From Tubiluchus corallicola (taxonomy: Eukaryota; Animalia; Priapulida): 64,000 nucleotides of DNA. Shown piece by piece: positions 27,317 through 39,874 of the stretch. The position numbers and the translations under genes are program-made. The stretch covers positions 94,534-158,533 of the forward strand of contig JAQGDQ010000513.1 of assembly GCA_030141605.1 (NCBI GenBank), written 5' to 3'. Each line of letters opens with the position of its first letter. Positions within the stretch are counted from its first letter, which is position 1. The notes under the pieces were generated by a model that searched no databases, was not told where the DNA came from, and saw only the letters and a program-made list of their open reading frames with translations.

Positions 27317-27975
27317 AGGACAAGAAAGGGGTGCCTGAAGTAGATTATATAGTACTATTATTTTATAACATTTTTATGTGTATATCGTATATGCGTTTAT
27401 TTGTTTTCATTTTAAATCTCCCGCAATAGTGTTCCAATGGCGCCATTACATGACGTCATATACGCACACCTTAATCAAGGGAAGAAAAGGAAATGCTGCT
27501 AAACTATGTCCCAAAAAACTTCCTACGCAAAATTATGTTACTTAGCATTTCGCTAACCTGCCGGAAAGAGTTATGTAATTAGAAAAGAAAATTATTAACT
27601 ATTTAAAATGTTTTCAGCAATTTGTAAAATGTTGCTAACTCACCCTCCATGGTGCACCACTCACTAACCAAAAAACGTATTTTTAATGTAATTGACTAGA
27701 TACATTAATTTAAAATTTTACTTAGTTAGCGACGTGTGCGCTACGAATGTTCTGATTATTTTTTCAAACTTTACGCAATGTTGTCTAAACTTGTTTCAAA
27801 AAACTCATGGTCAAAATGGCTGCACCTAACGCTCATCGCGGGAGTTTAAATTTACATGTTTTGTACAACGTTACCGCCGACGCAAGCCCCGCGTACAAAA
27901 TGGTAGTATGTAAGTGGTATAAAATTTCGAGACGAATTTTTTAAACTTTATGTGAATTGAGGATGTTCTTGTGCT
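27317..27975 (+). mobile_element. Kolobok-type MITE family B
   Basis: ttaa|aggacaagaaa ... ttcttgtgct|ttaa: short TIRs with TTAA TSD. Confidence 0.85.
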
Positions 27976-28165
27976 TTAATCGCGTGTTCTCTTTATGTAA
28001 GTTGAGGGTGTTCTTGTGCTTTAGTCGCGTGTTCTCTTTATGTAAGTTGAGGGTGTTCTTGTACTTTATTCGCGTGTTCTCTTTATGTAAGTTTGGGGTT
28101 TTCTTGTGCTTTAATCGCGTGTTCTCTTTATGTAAGTTGGGGGTTTTCTTGTACTTCAATCGCAT
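27946..28165. repeat. 45-bp tandem repeat (~5 copies) of the family B right terminus plus flank
   Basis: Unit ctttatgtaagttgagggtgttcttgtgctttaatcgcgtgttct. Confidence 0.9.
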
Positions 28166-28949
28166 GTTTTCTACTACATGTATTTGATTTCATTTAAAAT
28201 TTTAAATAAAAGTTATCTATGACTTCGTGGAAAGTTATCTATGACTTTGTGGAATACGTACCCTCTGTCCTGTGACACCAATTTGTTTCAGTTTTCAGTT
28301 TTTCGACAAGAACATGCATTTCATTGCAGGCACCGGAAATTAGGAATTTGCTTATGCAAATCAGCTGTAAAGCCAAGCTTAGCGTTTGTGGTTTCACACG
28401 CTGTGTACACGTGATCTCTGGAATCCTTTGCAAATGGCGTCAGCTTAGAGAGAAAACCACCTAGATTTTGTTAAGAATCGAATTGACCAAAGAAATGAAG
28501 GTCTTTCAACTTTGCTTAATTGCGCATTTTCAAGCTTTTCTGAATTAATGATCTGGTCAGCATTGTCTGGCAATGTTTGTTGGTTGTTAATCGTCATAAT
28601 AATTAACCTAATAATGCGGGTTGTATTGGATTTGCAGTATGCCGTGTATGTGCAGTACTTACATCGGACTGAAGAGGGTGGTATTTTTATTTCGCCTGTA
28701 TTCGTTGTTATTATATGGGCAGGTCTACTGCTTTTTTGTTGCGACACGAAGCGCAGGATCCCCGGAGTTTGGTCATGCTGTTGTTGTTGATGATGGTGGC
28801 ATTGTTGTTATCAAATTTGAAGGCTGTCACAGGCCACAGTTTTTACTGTGGGAGAATACATTTTTGCATGAAAATGTTACGGACCATTGCACAGGCGGAA
28901 ACGGAACCCGATTTTCAGTTTCCCAACACGGCCTGCAAAAATTTCCGTT

Positions 28950-29477
28950 AGAGAAAAACCGGGCGACTCTTAAACTGTAGGTCAAAGCTATATGCTCTTT
29001 AAAATATTGAACTGACGTATACTATTTTTTTCAAATATGACTTCTGTTAAAGAATTATTGTCACACAACCAGTTCTTCGCTGTTACATGCATTTCGCCAT
29101 TCGTTAGTTAGACGGACACTAGCGCCTGCATTTTGGAAGCGCATTGCACAAAAACGGGTGCTGTACCTCGCAGTTCAGATGTCTTAGTTTATGATGTACT
29201 GCACACGCTAGACAGCTCAGCGGCAAATTTGAATTTTTATGGTAAGCTTGCCTAGTTTTAGCAGAACACACTGAATTACTTACATGCTCGTGGAATCGTT
29301 TTTTGCTGTTGAAAATTATGTTAGTTTGTGATGTCATCAATAGCTGGGCTCGCCTGCCGTTAATTAAGTTTTTAATCTATTATTTAATTATCAGAAACGT
29401 TTTGCGGCATTATTGGTGTTAAAATTTTTATCGGACTTGAAAATGGGGGTAACATATGAAACATCATCCTGTCTTCT
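28950..29477 (+). mobile_element. Kolobok-type MITE family A (with small deletions)
   Basis: Homologous to 34989-35601; followed by a partial re-duplication of its right end (~29495-29580). Confidence 0.78.
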
Positions 29478-29987
29478 TTAATTTTTTACTGTATTATTTA
29501 CAGCAAGTATTAACTGTGTTAAAATGTATGCTTATTACCGTACTTGAAAATGCGGTAGTATATGAGAATCATTCTTACTTTAACATCAGTTTGTAGCTCC
29601 CTTCATCTGGTCTTCCTTTAAATACGAAAAAAAACAACGTGTATAAGTTAAATCCATTTAATGGACGCGATTCACGTTGTCGTATCGTTTCATCATAATG
29701 CATATTCTAAATTGTGTTTTCTAAACTTTTACGAAAATGCGAAAAAAATCCGATAATTGTAAACCCTTCTCTTGATTTTTGTATGGAAGCCATTAACTTT
29801 GCAAGAAATGAGCTTGTAGGTCGTGCCGTATTCAAGCACATCAGTGCTTCTAGTTTAGTTGAATGGCTTCAGAGCTTTTGCATGTACTTCTCTTACCCCT
29901 TGGCTTCACAGTTTTAAAGCTAGAGAAATGTAATGTGTGATAGTATAGATACAAACCGAGTTCAGGCTCTTCTGATGAACTAACAAT

Positions 29988-30285
29988 CAGGTGTGAACGT
30001 TCTCTACCAGAAAGCGAATTCGAATCGAAACGAATTTGCGACTTTCGGATTGGAATCGAATTTTAGTATTTCGAATCCGAATCTAATTCGCGTTGAGTTT
30101 GAAAGATTTTCGAACACGTTTTCCGAACCATTAATAAAAAGTGGTCTTACAAAGATAGTGCATAGTGCTTGATTTTGTTCTGCAGTAAAACCACTATTAG
30201 TTTGTTAAAGATTTTGCACAGAAACTGCAGTTAAATTGTGCTAATTGCATGCTGTTTCAAGCATTTTAATGATAAAGAACATGTC
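29988..30285 (+). mobile_element. hAT-type MITE, partial copy of the 1645-1996 family
   Basis: ttctctaccagaaagcgaattcgaatcgaa... is shared with 1657 onward. Confidence 0.75.
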
Positions 30286-30760
30286 GACAGATACATCTGA
30301 CGTGGTTGTAGAGAACGGAAACGTGTCTGTGGTTTAGCGTTTGTCAAGTTTTCCACGAAAGATGGCTGCTGTTCATTTTTAGTCAGTTGAACTATTCCGT
30401 CACATTTGTGGCAGTTGGCTTCGTCGTTTTCTGCGATTGGTTTCAATTCGAAAAACTATATTTACAGCATTCAGAACGGACGCAGGTGGTGAAATTGTAT
30501 TTTTGTAATTTGATATTTGATATTTTGTCGAAGATCGTGGAACGAACTTTTTTAACATCTACTTCTCAAATGAAGCCATTTTCGACCGTCACCGTAACAT
30601 ATTTTCTAAAATCGCTAAGGGGATTACTTTATTCAAGAATGCAGTAAATAAACATTCTAGTAACCAAAAACATATGGAAGTGAAGGAGTTTGTCTAAAAA
30701 TTTTTTCTCGAAACTTCACCACTCTTATATAATAACGAAACCATGTAATTGTGTGTTTAA

Positions 30761-31424
30761 AGGACAAAAAAGGGGCACCTGAGGTAGGTTTCAGAAATAT
30801 CGCCTTAAAAATTATACTACTTTACAGCAATTTTATGCACATATCGTACTCGCGTTGAAAGGAATTTCTGTTTGTCTTCATTTTAAATCTCCCGCAATAC
30901 TGTTCCGACGGCGCCATTACATGACGTCACTACGCCACGTAAATCAGGGGAAGAAAAGACAATGTTAAACTATGACCCAAAAACTTTCCGTGCAAATCTA
31001 TATTACTTAGCATTTCACTTATCTCCTGGAAAGACTTATGTAACTAGACTAATAATTTAAAATGTTCGTGCCAATTGGTAAAATGACTCTGACTCACCCT
31101 CCAGGGTGCGCCACTCACTAGTCAAAAACGTATTTTTAATCTTATTGACAAGATACAGTAATTTAAAATATTACTTAATTAGCAAAATGTATGCTACAAA
31201 AGCTCTGATTATTTTTTCAATCTTTACTTAATGTTGTCTAAACTTGTTTCAAACGACCTACCATTAAAATGGCTGCGCCTAACTGTCATCGCGGGAGTTT
31301 AAATTTACACGTTTTGTACAGCGTTACGGCCGATGCAAGTCATGCATACGAAAAGGTAGTATATCAAGTGTTATAACATTTCGAGAAGAATTTTTTTAGC
31401 TTTATGTAAGTTGAGGGTTTTCTT
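30761..31424 (+). mobile_element. Kolobok-type MITE family B
   Basis: ttaa|aggacaaaaaaggggcacctgagg ... gagggttttctt. Confidence 0.8.
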
Positions 31425-31638
31425 ATTAAGTTCACATAAGCCGAAAAATGCTATGGGGCGCGTGGATTTCGTCGTACAGCGTGTTAATACATGTATATTG
31501 TTTATAGCGTTTGTTTTTGCATCTGGACGCTGTATGTCAGGCAGGCGTTTTTAATCTGTTTTTCTGCTTCGATTTTGATTATTAACATTATGAGGATGTA
31601 GTCACACCACTCAGCACTATGAAGTTATCATGGTTTAA

Positions 31639-31981
31639 AGGACAAGAAAAGGGGTACTTGAAGTAAGTTTCAGAAAAATCTCTTTAAAAAATTATACTAC
31701 TTTATCTCAATTTTATGCGTATATCGTACTCGCGTTAAACGGATTTTTTGTTTGTTTTCATTTTAAATCTCCCGAAATGCTGTTCCGACAGCGCCATTAC
31801 ATGACGTCACTACGCCACGTAAATCAGGGGGAAGAAAAGGCAATGTTAAATTATGAACCAGAAAACTTTCCGTGCAAATCTATATTACTTAGTATTTCGC
31901 TTACCTACTGGAAATACTTCTGTAACTAGAAATAATAATATGTTCGTGCCAATTTATAAAATTCGCTGGCTTGCCCTCCAG
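31639..31981 (+). mobile_element. Kolobok-type MITE family B, left half
   Basis: ttaa|aggacaagaaaaggggtac; truncated where family D sequence begins. Confidence 0.78.
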
Positions 31982-32360
31982 GCTGCTTCAGAAAATTTTT
32001 AGCCATTGTTTTAATAGTTTGTGAAACGAAACAAACATACGTAATTTCCATTGTAATTTTAAGCAAAAACAAACATTCGAAATTTTATACATAAACTTGA
32101 TAAAATCCTAAGCAAAAATTTTTTTGCTTACTAATAGCGTAAATTGTCGCAGTTCAAGCTTGATGCATTCACGGTAGGCACGTGACAACTGACAAAACTG
32201 TGTGAGCGACAGTACTTTCTCTACCCGGTAGCAGATGCTAGCGGTGCAGTGTACAGAGGGTGATCTTAGACAACCGTCAAACACGCCACTGTGCTGGGCT
32301 GTGAAGCAAACAGTACCACCCTCACGTGAGCACTGGTTCCGAACAAGTATAAAGAACAAA
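31982..32360 (+). mobile_element. hAT-type MITE family D, internal fragment
   Basis: Homologous to 44861-45323 and to the reverse complement of 32964-33495. Confidence 0.75.
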
Positions 32361-32963
32361 TATATTTATCTACGATAATTTTAGATAAAATCATGACGTA
32401 ATAAGAGCATTACAGTACTTTAATTATCAAACTAGTTAATCAGTTACAATACTTATTTCAAAATTATCTGTTAGTGATGGCTACCAACCCAAAATTATTA
32501 AATTTTTGAAATTTTACACCCAATAAGCCATTTTGGGTGTAATCAAGGAAGGTTTTACTTTAATATAATACCAACCAACTGACCAATCTCATGAACCGAT
32601 CCACAATTTACAGTTGGTTTACCTTCACTAAAATAATTACTAATGGACTAGATTTTTCATTTACTTTTGAGTTTGGAAAAATGTTCAAAAATCACGATAT
32701 TATATGTATTTTCGGTTTTGACCTTGGGTCACGTTGAATTATTTTTGACGACATACTGACAATGTGAAAGTCTGATCATTAGGTCTGCTGTAGATTAATG
32801 TGTAGATAACACCGTAAAACTTTATACAAAGTACTTTATTTTCCCGAATGTTTAAGAGAACGTTGCAAAGATTTAAGACTGAGAATTTTTACTGCAAGAA
32901 CCTGGCATCGTTATCGACTTTTATTAGTCTAACAACAGCTTCCATTAATCTTTTTCCTCTCAT

Positions 32964-33495
32964 CAGTAGCGGCTCGTGTTTAGGTACTGTGGAACTGCAG
33001 CACCCCCTATTTTCTCTCAGTATTATCGACAATATTCAATACAATAAGACTTTTTTTCTTTAGTTCTTTGTTTATGCTTCTACGAAACCAGACCATGTAA
33101 GGATAGTACTGTTTGCTTCACAGCTCAGACAACGTGGTGTTTGGCTGTTGTGCGCATGCGGCATATGTCTGAGATAAGATGCTGTATGTTGCACTGCTAG
33201 CGTCTGCTGCTAGGTAGAGAAAGTACTGTCGCTCACACAGTGTGTCAGTTGTCACGTGCTTAAAAAACGTATTCAGGCATATTCTTGAACTGCGGCAATT
33301 TAGGCTATTTCATAATAATTTTTGATTTAGCGTTTTATCAAGTTTATGTATAAATTTTTGTATGTTTGTTTGTTTAAACTTACAATTACAACATTAAAAT
33401 TACATATGTTTGCTTCGTTTTATACAGTATTAAAACAATGGCTAAAACTCTTCTGAAACTGCCTCCCCACTAATTTTAATTACGAGTGGCCACTG
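32964..33495 (-). mobile_element. hAT-type MITE family D
   Basis: Imperfect TIRs cagtagcggctcgt / acgagtggccactg; degenerate 8-bp TSD cctctcat / cctgtgat. Confidence 0.8.
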
Positions 33496-33555
33496 CCTGT
33501 GATACATTAGCAGAACTTCCGCCAAACACAGGTAGCAGCATCCCTGACTTCAAAG

Positions 33556-33648
33556 TGGTCATCTACGTGTGATAATAAACATACTTCATGGTAGAGGTCC
33601 ATGGTCATCTACGTGTGACAATAAACATACTTCATGGTAGAGGTCCAT
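33556..33648. repeat. 46-bp tandem duplication
   Basis: tggtcatctacgtgtga(t/c)aataaacatacttcatggtagaggtcca present twice. Confidence 0.9.
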
Positions 33649-33824
33649 TGTGTTTTGTTGACTACGTACGAATTTATGATTTCTACGTACAATCAGTAGC
33701 TGTTCGTTTTGTTCTTTTTTTTATTTTTATTTTTCAGCCCATAGATATCAGATAGACAACGACATTGTATTTCAATGTATGTTGGTACTGGCAAATACCA
33801 TCCATGGACGCCACAGATAATATT

Positions 33825-34657
33825 AAATTTCTGCGTTGTTTCGTTAAAGTTTATTCCAAATTTTAAACGTATCGAAGTGTTTTGATGAAAATTTCTGTGC
33901 TGTTTCGTTAAAGTTTATTCCAAATTTTAAACGTATCGAAGTGCTTTGATTGAAAATTTCTGCGTTGTTTCGTTAAAGTTGATTCCAAATTTTAAACGCA
34001 TCGAAGTGCTTTGATGAAATTTCTGCGCTGTTTCGTTAAAGTTGATTCCAAATTTTAAACGCATCGAAGTGCTTTGATGAAATTTCTGTGTTGTTTCGTT
34101 AAAGTTTATTCCAAATTTTAAACGTATCGAAGTGCTTTGATGAAAATTTCTGTGCTGTTTCGTTAAAGTTTATTCCAATTTTTAAACGTATCTAAGTGCT
34201 TTGATGAAAATTTCTGTGCTGTTTCGTTAAAGTTTATTCCAAATTTTAAACGTATCGAAGTGCTTTGATGAAAATTTCTGTGTTGTTTCATTAAAGTTTA
34301 TTCCGAATTTTAAACGTATCGAAGTGCTTTGATGAAAATTTCTGTGCTGTTTCCTTAAAGTTTATTCCGAATTTTAAACGTATCGAAGTGCTTTGATGAA
34401 AATTTCTGTGTTGTTTCATTAAAGTTTATTCCGAATTTTAAACGTATCGAAGTGCTTTGATGAAAATTTCTGTGCTGTTTCGTTAAAGTTTATTCCAAAT
34501 TTTAAACGTGTCGAAGTGCTTTGATGAAAATTTCTGTGTTGTTTCGTTAAAGTTTATTCCGAATTTTAAACGTATCGAAGTGCTTTGATGAAAATTTCTG
34601 CGTTGTTTCGTTAAAGTTTATTCCCATTTTTAAACGTATCGAAGTGCTTTGATGAAG
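33825..34657. repeat. 64-bp minisatellite, ~13 copies
   Basis: Unit aaatttctgtgctgtttcgttaaagtttattccaaattttaaacgtatcgaagtgctttgatga. Confidence 0.97.
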
Positions 34658-34988
34658 CTTCGATCGTGTTTTGTCCACTTTTGCTGGTTTTCATTGTCTA
34701 TCTCTGCTTAACAGCCTTGACTGTACACATCCTGACAACCTCTTAATTGCCATTTTAACCATTTTCCCTAGTTTATTTCTCACAATAATAATTATTAGAT
34801 GAAAAACGTGTCTTTATTTCAATGGATCGTAAATCTTGTATTTGGTTCAATACTTAAATTTTGTTGTTGAGAAGGGCAAATACATTTTATTAAGTGTCAT
34901 CGAAAGAAAAAAGATCGTAAAAATAAAATCTTCGCGAGCCAAAATTTCCCGTTGAATTTTGTTGCTCATTATTATAGCCTGCGTTTAA

Positions 34989-35601
34989 AGGAAAACCTGA
35001 CCCAATCTTAAACTGTAGGACGAAACAACCTACTCTTTAAAATATTGAAAGGAAACATATTATTTTTTAAAGAATGCCTTGCATGAAAGAATTATTACCT
35101 CACAAACACAATTTCACGTTCGCGCCACTAGTTCTTCGCTGTTACATACATTTTGCCATTCGCTAGTTAGACAGGCACTAGCGCCTGCATTTCCCAAAAC
35201 GTTGCACCTACAGCTGCTGTACCTCTCAGTTCAAATGTGTTAGTCTTTGACGAAATGCACACGTTTGACAGCTCACGCGTAGCACAACGGTAAATTTGAA
35301 ATTTAAATTTTTATGGTGAAACTTGCCTAGTTTTAGTACAACACACAGAATGTCTTACAGTAGCACTGTACTTCAATTGTCGCTTTTGCAAACACGTGCA
35401 ACACGCTCATGAAATATTTTTGCTGTTGAAAATTATGTTAGCTTGTGATGTCATCGATAGTTGGGCTCGCCCACCATTAATTAAGATTTTAATGTATTAA
35501 TTTAATTATCAGAAACGCTTTTGCGGTACTATTGTTGTTAAAATGTATAGTTTTACCGTACTTGAAAATGGGTAGTATATGAAAAATCATCCTGTCTTCC
35601 T
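34989..35601 (+). mobile_element. Kolobok-type MITE family A (reference full-length copy, ~613 bp)
   Basis: ttaa|aggaaaac ... gtcttcct|ttaa: TTAA TSD, purine-purine termini and short TIRs, as known for Kolobok; no ORF. Confidence 0.85.
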
Positions 35602-35985
35602 TTAAAGAAACCAGAAACTAATTTGTGTATTGATTTGATCGACCTACACGGTGTGTACAGAGGACGCTCTTTCTCAGTTTGAGTTTCTCATTCTCTCTGT
35701 ACTTTCTATTTGAGAATTACTGATCTATAGCAACACTGAGCTTAATGCTATTAAATCCTACATGGTGGATTTAGTAAGCTAAAACCACTATTATGTTGGA
35801 GATTCTCTCGCAACTTTCTGGCTTGTCAATGTAACACCATTTTGGATACTGCAAACGCTTAAAGTTATTGCTATGCTTGATAAATGAATGCTTTAGAAAT
35901 TAGAATTACTAGATGTAGGCCCCATTGTGGGCCTTTTTGATGATTAGTCGTCTGCCGGTCAATAAATTCCGTAATAATAATATTA

Positions 35986-36342
35986 CAACAAACTCCCGCA
36001 TAACTCAAATCCAACCGGACCGAAGAAAACTGAGTTTAGCGATATTTTGAGTTAGGCGATGTTGATCATCATGCGACTTCTAAGCAACAGAATTTTCCCG
36101 GAAGACGGTGCTGCTTTTCAGTTGTACGAAATTTTTCTAGAGTATAAATTGCATTTTTGACTTAGGTGAAGTATGTTACACGTATTTTGATTAAATGGAC
36201 CATAATTTTTTATTTAAGTTAAGTTTGAGTTAGGCGAAATTTTGAGTTACATATTTTGAGTAAAGCGATGTTTTTTTTTGTGGGAAAAATGAAGAATTTC
36301 TTCCGTTGTGCTGAAGTTTCTTGAGTTACCCGGAGTTTACTG
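35986..36342. mobile_element. Tc1/mariner (pogo/Tigger-like) MITE
   Basis: TA|caacaaactcccgcataactcaa ... ttgagttacccggagtttactg|TA imperfect TIRs. Confidence 0.7.
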
Positions 36343-36551
36343 TAGTAAAAACAGCCTGCAACACTTGCAAGGAATTACTACAAAAACTAAGACGGAAGTT
36401 AAAACTTTCCTCCGGTTTGGTGAAAGAAAGGACAGCGAACATGTGCAAATGCTTCCGCTTAATATATTATACTAGTAATAGCATTTAGACAAAATTTTCC
36501 GTTGCCTAGTAATTTCTATGCTTTTTACTGATTGTAAAACCCTAGACCATG

Positions 36552-36589
<38 letters not shown>

Positions 36590-36677
36590 TTATCATTATC
36601 ATTATTGTTTTTGTTCTTATTATTAATATTATTATTACTATTATTGTTTTTGTTCTTATTATTAATATTATTATTAC

Positions 36678-36732
<55 letters not shown>

Positions 36733-36733
36733 A
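36552..36733. repeat. (TTA)n-rich microsatellite
   Basis: Direct observation. Confidence 0.95.
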
Positions 36734-37364
36734 TTCTTTATTCGTATCAAAGATACAGTCCATCATAAAACGTTACAATAAAATCCAATAAAATTACAAT
36801 ACAATTAAATTCACATCAAAAATAAATTACAGTTATACAAGTATGTCATTTCGTAGTAGATTTCTAATGTTTAGGATCCTTATAAAATTCATTGCCTACT
36901 GGACAGTTTTACATTAATACAAGACAAGTGCAGTGGTGTGTCATATTTCGTACGGACGGATTGACCTGGTTTATTAATTTCATAGAGGATTCTAACAATA
37001 TAGCTATCCCGGACAGATATAAGACTTTTATAGAATGTAAGTTCTCTTAAATCGATTATTATTAGTACCTGTTTGCCTTAGTTAATTTCCCGACAGTCTC
37101 TGCAGATCTGATCGTCTTTCATAATCAGTTTCGTCTTCTAGAATTTACATCTTTTTGTATTTTGTTGTATTTGGTTTCGTTTAGACTAATTTTGGTTCAT
37201 CTTGAATGGCTGCAGCTACATGGCAGTAACTTATTTTAAAATTCTGTGGGAACCGTGAATTTACCATTCTTGCTTCCAGAATATAGCTCCCAGAGAGGAA
37301 GTTTGCATCTACAGATCATGTAATGCATTAATATTAATATTCTTGGTATGGGCTTAATTTATTT

Positions 37365-37650
37365 ATATATATATAAGATTCGAGGCTACAGCCCGGACGA
37401 GGGCACCATTTGCGGCGATCTATATATCAAACGAAAGGTCTCGATCTAGTGTCGTGCCATTGATGGTTTATTTTTCGAATTGGGCCCACCGGAAGGAAGG
37501 GGGGGGCGAAAAACCTCCAAAAATGGCCCTTTTTCGGCCGTTTTTTGCAAAAGTTATACGGCTGAGATGTAGAGAACGGGAACGGACCGAGGGGGGTACT
37601 GGGTATGGATAGATAGCCCGTTCAGCGGTGGGTGTAGTAAGCATATTTAT
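37365..37650 (+). mobile_element. Dispersed repeat family E
   Basis: Homologous to 46354-46630 and to the reverse complement of 473-615. Confidence 0.75.
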
Positions 37651-38764
37651 GCATTAATAATAGCAGCACCATGACATGTATTTAAACATTGTCGTACACA
37701 TCCAGGTATAGTACCCTGGAGAAGACGTGCCCTGCGTACACTAAAGTCTGTAGTGTATTAATAAGTGGAGCTATAAAGACAGATGAAGCCATTTTAAGTC
37801 TCTTCTAATCCTTTATGGCTTCTGGAATGTACAGTATTATTGCCGTCAGCGCTGTTACACTTTGCAGTAAAGTACAGCTGTGTATTATTGTGCGTATACA
37901 GCAATTCATCGTATTGATGGGCGCGCTTCCACCGTAACATTCGATTCTAAATGAATAAACACCGAGATGTTTTATTTCCCTTCCGGGGTCGGCAGAGTGC
38001 ACACGAGAGAAATGGCAGCAAAGTGGGAGAAAATTAATGAAGCTTTTAAACTGAATTGGAGTGAGAAAAGCAGCAGCGGTTGATGTTCTGTTTTTCCGTT
38101 CAAATTCGATTGAAGTTGGCATTTCCTGCTCAGATTCCGGCTGGTTGTTCATACAGCGTGATTTTATCCAAGCTTGGCTTCTCGTGAATCATCGTTAATA
38201 AGCTATAATGATTATTATCGCCGGACATGCGTGTGTTTAATACACGCCGTTATGGCGTTGATCGTTGTCTTCTGTATGGCAATAATTTGTCTTCTGTATG
38301 GCAATAATTTGTGTTCTGTATGGCAAGAATGATTCGTTCTTGGCTCTGAACTTGAAGCATCTTTCAAAGTTATCTGCATTTCCATTTTGATTTACGTGCG
38401 TTTTAAAATAGATGCGAAGAAATTCCAGTCTTCAAACGATATGTTTGTTCCGTTTTAAAATGTTGTGTTATTAAACTCTGCGAAGGGATAAAAGTGCATT
38501 AGTTAGATAAAATCAGCTGTTGCGTAATTTCAGTAGTTAATCTATGCATTTCTAACAAACATAAAATGGAGGAAAAGATCAAATTTCCCCCGACGTTGTT
38601 TCCGTGAACAGTGTCGTCCAGAAATGATTTTATTCTTATGTTGTTTGACTTCTGGGTTATTATATATTTGTTTTCCTTTAAATTTTTGTTTATTTGGAGC
38701 CAACATTAAATGCAAGAACACACAATATTAAACAAATACGCACTAATAACAAATACGGCAACAA

Positions 38765-38880
38765 TTCTGTCACTAAACAACGAGTTCAACTTTGGAATAC
38801 CCTGCCATCAAATTTAAAACAAATCTAGTCTTTCGACGAATTCAAATCAAACTTAAAAATACATACATTAAATCGTTTTG
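38765..38880 (+). mobile_element. CR1/L2-group LINE extreme 3' coding remnant
   Basis: Translation LWNTLPSNLKQI*SFDEFKSNLK matches the LWNxLP...S...FK..LK end of ORF2. Confidence 0.55.
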
Positions 38881-39112
38881 AAGACCCTGCATACGTAAAC
38901 GATAATATATATTCATCCGCAAATTTTATTTACCCACGTCCATTTTAAATTGTATGTGTATATTGTATATGGCTATTATAATTTGCATGTAACATTGTAA
39001 TGTATATTTTGTTTTAAATTTTTGGCACAGTACTTTTTAGTTTGTACTGCACGCATTTGCCTTCAACAATTGTGAGAATTTTATTCTCATGCTGCGATGT
39101 TCTTTTATGCTG

Positions 39113-39113
39113 T

Positions 39114-39147
<34 letters not shown>

Positions 39148-39256
39148 TATATATATATATTTCCGCACACTCACTCACACACACACACGCACGGACGCCC
39201 GCACGCACGCCCACACACAAACACACAAACGCGCACGCGCACACACACACACGCAC

Positions 39257-39335
<79 letters not shown>
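39113..39335. repeat. (TA)n/(CA)n compound microsatellite
   Basis: Direct observation. Confidence 0.95.
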
Positions 39336-39336
<1 letters not shown>

Positions 39337-39874
39337 TTATTTATTTATTTTTTTATTTATTCGACAGTATGCTACCAAACTGTTAATATTGTGTATTATA
39401 TTGGATCCATTGTTAATTTCACGTCATTCACTTCGGCGCGCGTTCTTTCTTATTCTACTCACGTTAAGCCACCAGAGTTTTATTGTCCGAGAAATTTAAT
39501 GTAAAACCAAGTTGAATGTGACAGCTGCTGCTGTTTCACGAATCGAGATTTTACTCTTCCGGCGGCTGTAAAACAGCGCTTTGTTTTTGTTGCGATCGGA
39601 AGACGTGTTATTGCAGCGAATGATGCATCAGCTGAATCAGTATGTGGTCTCATCACTCTTATGCCCAGCCTATTCGCAATAACACCAATCAGCCACTCGG
39701 AAATTCTTCCTAAATAACTTCTGAAATCAAGTGACTATCAGAATAGATTAAATTGTTAAACAGTGTTCCGTTTACTAGGTCTTTCTACGTAACAAGAAAA
39801 TGGAGAAATTCTAACCGCAGGTTACCATACAGGTTATGAAAGGTCAGATGAAGAAAGCTACAAACTGATGTTAA

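Noticed and set aside
28445-28980. Cluster of overlapping 78-119 aa ORFs in unique sequence
   Set aside because: No recognisable domain or convincing splice sites; more likely non-coding.
37805-38152. 115-aa minus-strand ORF
   Set aside because: No recognisable motif or supporting gene structure.
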